Shown one piece after another: positions 24,280 through 30,461 of a stretch of DNA of 30,461 nucleotides. Location: NCBI GenBank assembly GCA_038087875.1, contig JAXLNO010000479.1, positions 62,001 to 92,461 on the forward strand, written 5' to 3'. Positions within the stretch are counted from its first letter, which is position 1. The number at the start of each line of letters is the position of its first letter. The translations under genes and the position numbers were made by a program. The notes under the pieces were generated by a model. The model was not told the DNA's origin, ran no database searches, and was given only the letters and a program-made list of their open reading frames with translations. The DNA comes from Malacoraja senta. Its lineage: Eukaryota.

Positions 24280-25015
24280 ATGGACAGTGAAGGTGATCTA
24301 CAATGGGATCTTGATCACCTGGGACAATGGGGCCAAGAAATGGCAGGTGGAGTTTAATTACAATAAACACAAGGTGTAGCAAGGTGGAGGGACAGGACTT
24401 ACGCCGTATGTGCTGGAGCTGTGGGGAATGTGTGGGACAGAGAGACCTGGGGGGGGACATAGTTCCATGAAGGTGGCGACACAGGTTGACAGGGCGGTGA
24501 AGGAGGCGTATGACACGCTTGCCTTCATCAGTCAAAGTATTGAGTACAGGAGTTGGGAAATCATGTTCATAAGTGATAGGTGCGGAATCAGGCCATTCGG
24601 CCCATCAAGTCTACTCCCCCATTCAATCACAACTGCTTGGTAAAGTCGTATTTGCAGAACTCTGTGCAGTACCTGTTGCCCTGTCATTAAACTGGCAAAG
24701 GTGCAACGATGTCTACTAAGATGCTACGTGGTCAGGAGGATTTGAGCTATCGGGAGAGGCTGTGTAGGCTGGGTCCTGAATGTAGGAGGCTGGTCTTGTA
24801 CAGAGTGGTGTATGGAACGAGCTGCTGGAGGAGGTAGTTGGGGCAGGTACTATCACGACTTATAAGAAACATTGAGACAGGTACATGTACAGGACAGAGT
24901 TAGAGGGATATGGGCCAAACTCCAGCAGGTGAGATTAGTGTAGATGGGGCATGTTGGTCGGCGTGGGCAAGTTGGGCCAAAGGGCCCGTTTTCACGCTGC
25001 ATGACTCTATGACTC
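24280..25015 (+). mobile_element. Highly degenerate CR1-type 3' fragment
   Basis: KKWQVEFN and SMKVATQVDRAVKEAYDTLAFISQSIEYRSW; tail ATGACTCTATGACTCT. Confidence 0.8.
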
Positions 25016-25419
25016 TGAGGTTTATAAAACCATGGTGCAGAGTGCTGGTGTCAGCAGGATGCTGTTACATCCCGGGAATCCCCGGTCACCGTTCACAGTC
25101 CACAGTCCAACCTCTCCCAGGCCGCCTGCAGCCGCTTCCCACAAGCTCCGCCCTCAGCACGGACTGGCACGGATCAGTTCGCTCCATCGTGAACCTCCCG
25201 GGCCGGCTCTCCGCCCGAACCCTCGCGGCCAAGGCCGAGGGAAGCAGAGAACATCACAGCTCCGTGTCCCAGGGTGGGGAATACAGACCGGGAACAGATC
25301 CGGACACAGGGAACAAGTCACAGCCCCGTGTCACAGGGCCAGGTATACGGTCCCTCCTCACCCGGTTCCTCCTGTCACCTGCCGGCACCGACCTCACCCC
25401 ATCCCCGCGTTATACAGTG

Positions 25420-25590
25420 TAGGAAGGAACTGCAGATGCTGCTTTAAACTGAAGATAGACACAAAAAGCTGCAGTAACTCAGCGGGTCAGACAGCATCTC
25501 TGGAGAGAAGGAATATGTGACGTTTCGGGTCGAGACCCTTCTTCAGATGCTGTCTGACCGGCTGAGTTACTCCAGCTTTTTGTGTCTATC
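25420..25590. mobile_element. Inverted Penelope-like termini with an intact hammerhead-like core on the minus strand (25517-25547)
   Basis: Minus strand TCTGAAGAAGGGTCTCGACCCGAAACGTCAC = CUGANGA, stem GGGUC/GACCC, GAAA. Confidence 0.7.
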
Positions 25591-25719
25591 CTCGTTGTAC
25601 TGGCTCTCTCCCCGCAACCCCCGAGGCAGGGCCGCGACCCGGAACATGAACCATCCCTCTCCCTCCACAGATGCCACCCGACCAGTCAATGTGCTTCAGC
25701 AGTTTGTTTCCTCTGCTTG

Positions 25720-26724
25720 GGTCTGTGTCTCCGGGTCTGTGTGTCAGGGTCTGTGTGTCAGGGTCTGTGTCTCAGGGTATGTGTGTCGGGGTCTGTGTGT
25801 CAGGGTCTGTGTGTCAGGGTCTGTGTCAGGGTCTGTGTGTCAGGGTCTGTGTGTCAGGGTCTGTGTCCCAGGGTCTGTGTCTCAGGGTTCATGTCCCCAG
25901 GGTCTATGTCTCAGGGTCTGTGTCTCAGGGTTCATGTCCCCAAGGTTATGTCCCCATGGTCTGTGTTCCCAGGGGTCATGTCCTAGAGTCTGTGTCTCAG
26001 GATCCGCCCGAGTGTCCGAGTCCACAGGGTGTGTCCCCAGGTTCAGCTCCTCGGGTCTGTGTGTTAGGATTCATTCCCCAGGGTCTGTCCCCAGTGTCTG
26101 TGTATCAGGATATGTACCTAGAGTGTGTGTTGTGTGTGTGTGTGGCCACATGGTCTGGGTCCACAGGGACTCTCTCCTCTAGGTCTGTTCTTCTGGTCTG
26201 TCCCGAGTCTCTGTCCTTAGATTCTATCCCAGGGACTGTCCCTAGTCTGTCCCCAGGGTCTATGTGTCAGGGTCTGTGTCACGGTATGTGTGTCAGGGTC
26301 TGTGTGAGTGTATGTGTCTCAGGGTCTGTCCCCAGGGTCTGTCTCTCAGGGCCTGTGTATCCTGGGCCTGTGACCCTGAGTCTGGGTCCCAGGATCTAAG
26401 TGTCAGGGTCTGTGTGTCAGGGTCTGTGTGTCAGGGTCTGTGTGTCAGTGTCTGTCAGCGTCAGTGTGTCCGGGTCTATGTCAGGGTCTGTATGTCATTG
26501 TCTGTCAGGGTCTGTGTGTCAGGGTCTGTGTGTCAGGGTCTGTGTGTCAGGGTCTGTGTCAGGGTCTGTGTGTCAGGGTCTGTGTGTCAGTGTCTGTGTG
26601 TCAGGGTCTGTGTGTCAGGGTCTGTGTGTCAGGGTCTGTGTATCAGGGTCTGTGTGTCAAGATCTGTGTATCAGGGTCTGTGTGTCAGGGTCTGTGTCAG
26701 GGTCTGTGTGTCAGGGTCTGTGTC
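25720..26724. repeat. 14-bp minisatellite (GTCAGGGTCTGTGT)n
   Basis: Clean at both ends and degenerate in the middle. Confidence 0.96.
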
Positions 26725-26754
26725 GGTGGGCCCCACCTCTCTCTCCCGCTTCAC

Positions 26755-26966
26755 ACTTTCGGTTTCATGAGCTAACCTGCTGAGCTCTACTCTCTCCGGC
26801 AACCGGTGACGCGGCGTCAGCTGTGCCGCTGATTGGACAGACTGGGCTATTTTTTACCAACTTCTCGGGCCTCTTCTGCCCGGAGACCGGTGACTCCCGG
26901 GCGGGCAGGACTGTGATTGGCCGCGGACACGGCGCCGACCAATCAGCGCGGGGTGCGGGGGTAAAG
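26755..26966 (+). promoter_or_regulatory. MHC class I-like promoter: ISRE, two tandem S-X1-X2-Y modules, CCAAT, TAAAG
   Basis: ISRE ACTTTCGGTTTCA at 26755-26767. Module 1: CTAACCT 26772, TCCGGCAAC-CGG-TGACGCG 26795-26813, 18 nt, ATTGG 26832. Module 2: CCAACTT 26857, CCCGGAGAC-CGG-TGACTCC 26879-26897, 18 nt, ATTGG 26916. CCAAT at 26939. The region is CpG-rich. Confidence 0.82.
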
Positions 26967-27050
26967 CGGGCGGGCGATCGGAGCAGAGTGGAACCACGCA
27001 TGCGCCCAGGACTCGCAAACTCACCACAACCTGGACAGTCGGGGGCGACC

Positions 27051-27117
27051 ATGTGGTGTCCGCTGCTGCTGCCGCTGCTGCTGCTGCTCCCCCTCCTGGC
27101 TGGAGCCCAGGCTGCAG
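27051..27117 (+). CDS. First coding exon: signal peptide MWCPLLLPLLLLLPLLAGAQAA(G) of a secretory-pathway protein, probably an MHC/antigen-presentation gene; no further exons recognised in the window
   Basis: Kozak context GCGACCATG, Leu-rich core with an A-Q-A cleavage motif, phase-1 donor CAG|GTGGGT at 27118, and SXY promoter immediately upstream. Confidence 0.8.
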
Positions 27118-27165
27118 GTGGGTGAGGGGCAGTGATGGGCTGGCAACAGAGTCCCCCACAGTGGC

Positions 27166-27985
27166 TGAGGGTCAGTGTGTGGGTGAGGGTCAGTGTGTGG
27201 GTGAGGGTCAGTGTGTGGGTGAGGGTCAGTGTGTGGATGAGGGTCAGTGTGTGGGTGAGGGTCAGTGTGTGGGTGAGGGTCAGTGTGGGTGAGGGTCAGT
27301 GTGTGGGTGAGGGTCTGTGTGTGGGTAAGGGTCAGTGTGTGGGTGAGGGTCAGTGTGTGGGTGAGGGTCAGTGTGTGGGTGAGGGTCAGTGTGTGGGTGA
27401 GGGTCAGTGTGTGGGTGAGGGTCAGTGTGTGGGTGAGGGTCAGTGAGTGGGTGAGGGTCAGTGTGTGGGTGAGGGTCAGTGTGTGGGTGAGGGTCATTGT
27501 CTGTGGGTGAGGGTCAGTGTCAGTGGGTGAGGGTCAGTGTGTGGGTGAGTGTCAGTGTGTGGGTGAGGGTCAGTGTGTGGGTGAGGGTCAGTGTGTGGGT
27601 GAGGGTCAGTGTGTGGGTGAGGGTCAGTATCAGTGGGTGAGGGTCAGTGTCAGTGGGTGAGTGTCAGTGGGTGAGGGTCACTGTCTGTGGCTGAGGGTCA
27701 GTGTGTGGGTGAGGGTCAGTGTGTGGGTGAGGGTCAGTGTGTGGGTGAGGGTAAATGTCAGTTGGTGAGAGTCAGTGTGTGGGTGAGGGTCAGTGTGTGG
27801 GTGAGGGTCAGTATGTGGGTGAGGGTCAGTGTCAGTGGGTGAGGGTCAGTGTGTGGGTGAGGGTCAGTGTGTGGGTGAGGGTCAGTGTGTGGGTGAGGGT
27901 CAGTGTGTGGGTGAGGGTCAGTGTGTGGGTGAGGGTCAGTGTCAGTGGGTGAGGGTCAGTGTCAGTGGGTGAGGGTCAGTGTCGG
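27166..27985. repeat. 18-bp minisatellite (GTGTGTGGGTGAGGGTCA)n in intron 1
   Basis: Directly visible; roughly 45 units. Confidence 0.97.
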
Positions 27986-28129
27986 GCTGGGCACCCTTGT
28001 TCCGGTCAGGGGATGAGGGGGTCAGTGGTCAGATGGGCACAGGGTTCACCAATCAGTGGGTGAGGGTCAGTGTCGGGTTGGGCACAGCATAATAACCCCT
28101 GGTACATTGAAACAGGGAGATCAGGAGGG

Positions 28130-28410
28130 TAAATCGGGGAGATGAGAGATTTGGCAGATAAGTTAAAGGAGTATCCTGAGAGTTTCTTCAAGTATGTAAA
28201 GAGCAAAAAGGTAAGTGTTGAGAGATTAGAATCCGTGCAGGATGAATATGATGGTCTGTGTGTGAATCCACAGGAGATTGGTGAGGTTGAATCTGTATTT
28301 ACAGTACAGAAGGTCATAGAAGCCAAGAATTACAGGAAATGAACAGCCATGTCTTGGAATGAATCCACATTATAAAAGAGGCGGTGCTGCTGGTCTTACG
28401 GCATATTAAG
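28130..28410 (+). mobile_element. Old CR1-type ORF2 tether fragment
   Basis: LADKLKEYPESFFKYVKSKK...LCVNPQEIGEV. Confidence 0.7.
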
Positions 28411-28544
28411 TAGTAGAAACAAAGAACTGTAGATGCTGGTTGGTTATTACACAAGAGGACATAAAGTGCTGGAGTAACTCGGCAGGTCAGGCAGCATTTC
28501 TGGAGAGTCTGAGGAAGGATCTCAACCCAAAACGTCACCTATCG

Positions 28545-28905
28545 ATGAAGTGGAAAGTCTCATCTTGGGAGCAGATGAGGCAGAGGCAGAGACATTGGGA
28601 GCAGGGAATAGTGTATTTACAAAAGTCAGGGTGGGAGGAGGTGTAGTGGAGATAACTGTGTGAGTCGGTAGGTTTGTAGTAGATATCAGTCAATAGTCTG
28701 TCCCCAGTGTTGGAGACAGAGAGATCACCAGAGGGGAGAGCGGCATCAGAGAAAGTCCAGGTGAATGTGAGGGCAGGTGGGTTAGTGATGAAGTTAATTA
28801 AATCAATGAGTTCTGCACGGGTGCAGGAGGTAGCCCCGATGCAGTCGTTAATGTAGTGGAGAAAGAGTTGTGGGAGGTACCAGTGTACGTTTGGAACAAG
28901 GACAA
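28545..28905 (-). mobile_element. Penelope-like element RT fragment
   Basis: Minus strand reads QLFLHYINDCIG (degenerate YIDD motif), KPTDSHSYLHYTSSHP and ICSQDETF. Confidence 0.8.
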
Positions 28906-28909
28906 AATA

Positions 28910-30197
28910 TTGATATTTACAATATATATTAATGATTTAGATGAGGAAATTAAATGTAACATCTCCCAGTTTGTGGATGACACAAAGGTGGGTGGCAGTG
29001 TGAGCTGAGAGGAGGATGCTATGAGGCTGCAGAGTGACTTGGATAGGTTGTGTGAGTGGGCAGATGCTTGGCAGATGCTGTATAATGTGGATAAATGTGA
29101 GGTTATCCACTTTGGTGGCAAGATCTGGAAATCAGATTATTGTCTGAATGTTGTCAAATTAGGAAAAGAGAAGGTGCAACGAGACCTGGGTGGCCTTGTA
29201 CATCAGTCACAGAATGTAAGCATGCAGGTAAAGCAGGCAGTGAAGAATTTGGCCTTCATTGCAAGAGGATTTGAGTTTTGGAGCAAGGAGGCCCTACTGC
29301 AGTTGTACAAGGCCCTGGTGAGACCACACCTGGAGTATTGTGTGCATCTTTGGACTCTTAATTTGAGGAAGGACATTCTTGCTATTGAGGGAATGCAGTG
29401 TAGGTTCACCAGGTTAATTCCCGGGATGGCGAGACTGACATATGATAAAAGAATTGGTCGACTGGGCCTATATTCACTGGAATTTAGAAGGATGAGAGGG
29501 TATCTTATAGAAACATATACAATTCTTAAAGGATTGGACAGGATAGATTCAGGAAAAATGTTCCCGCTGTTGGGGGAGTCCAGAACCAGGGGCCACAGTT
29601 TAAGAAGGAACTTTTTTGGAGGGGGGAGGAGTAAATTGGAGGAGCAGTACCTCATATTTCGCTTGGGCAGTTTGCATCCCAGCGGTATGAATATTGACTT
29701 CTCTAATTTCAGGTAGTCCTTACTGTCTCCTCCCCTTCTCAGCTGTCCCTCAGCCCTCTGGCTCCACCTCTTCCTTTCTTCTTCCCCCCCCCCCCCCCCC
29801 CCCCCTCACATCAGTCTCAAGAAGGGTTTCGGCCCGAAACGTTGCCTATTTCCTTCGCTCCATAGAGCTGCCTCACCCGCTGAGTTTCTCCAGCATTTTT
29901 GTCTAGCCACAGTTTAAGAATAAGGGGCAGGCCATTTAGGACTGAGATGTGGAAAAACGTTTTCACCAAGAGAGTTGAGAATCTGTGGAATTCTCTGCCC
30001 CAGAAGGCAGTGGAGGTCAATTCACTGGATGTTTTCAAGAGAAAGTTAAATTTAGCTGTTAGGGATGAAGGAATCAAGGGATATGGGGAACGGGGTATTG
30101 ATTTTAGATGATCAGCCATGATCATATTGAGTGGCGTAGCGGGCATGAAGGGCCGAATGGCTAATGTTGCACCTATTTTTCTATTTCTATGTTTCTA
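28910..30197 (+). mobile_element. CR1-clade LINE 3' part, split by a Penelope insertion at 29607-29905
   Basis: FVDDTKVGG, WQMLYNVDKCEVIHFG, YKALVRPHLEYCV, SRTRGHSLR / SHSLRIRGRPFRTE; tail CTATTTCTATGTTTCTA. Confidence 0.95.
29607..29905 (+). mobile_element. 5'-truncated Penelope-like element (GIY-YIG C-terminus + terminal repeat) with a 15-bp target-site duplication
   Basis: KLEEQYLIFRLGSLHPSGMNIDFSNFR*, then TCTCAAGAAGGGTTTCGGCCCGAAACG. GCCACAGTTTAAGAA occurs at 29592-29606 and 29906-29920. Confidence 0.88.
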
Positions 30198-30325
30198 GGA
30201 CTGTTTGATGTAAATAATAAATAGGCAGGCACAGCTGGGGCCCATGTGAGTGCTCATGGCTACACCTTTAACTTGGAGAAAGTGAGAGGTGAAAGGAGAC
30301 GTGTAGAGGGTGAGGACAGGTTTGA
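30198..30325 (-). mobile_element. Penelope-like RT fragment
   Basis: Minus strand GVAMSTHMGPSCACLF resembles the GxAMG RT motif. Confidence 0.65.
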
Positions 30326-30461
30326 CCCGGCCTCTGGCAACTCGTTCCAAACACCCATCACCCTTGGAGTGAAAAAGTTGCCCCCAAGTTGTTATTAAAT
30401 CTTGCCCCTCTCACCTTAAACCTGTGCTTTCTGGTTCTTGATTCTCCGAGCCTAGATAATC

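Noticed and set aside
26772..26779. Minus-strand splice donor CAG|GTTAG as exon 1 of a divergent gene
   Set aside because: It coincides with the S box at the expected spacing, so the regulatory reading is simpler; not called as an exon without RNA data.
27051..27117. A specific gene symbol for the leader exon
   Set aside because: A signal peptide alone cannot distinguish class I alpha, class II chains, B2M or tapasin-family genes.
25517..27952. Cys/Val-rich ORFs resembling keratin-associated or metallothionein proteins
   Set aside because: Open in several frames because they are translated minisatellites.

Overview
Repeat-dense vertebrate DNA. The repeat make-up suggests a cartilaginous fish such as a skate or ray (inference): CR1/HER1-type LINEs, Penelope-like elements with short hammerhead-like termini, Rex/Babar fragments and non-autonomous Helitrons. 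Nearly all ORFs in the track are retroelement debris or translated satellites. Main structures: (1) a near-identical direct duplication, 1-6404 = 11662-18064 (period about 11.66 kb), whose right breakpoint lies 37 bp inside a Helitron 5' end and whose unit carries a possible decayed Ig-superfamily gene; (2) three S-X1-X2-Y modules with the spacing of MHC promoters. Two sit in tandem with an ISRE and CCAAT box directly upstream of a signal-peptide exon at 27051-27117, probably the start of an MHC class I-pathway gene. The third is inverted at 19055-19119 beside an NF-kB site and an ISRE-like site, with no intact gene attached. No complete protein-coding gene lies in the window.
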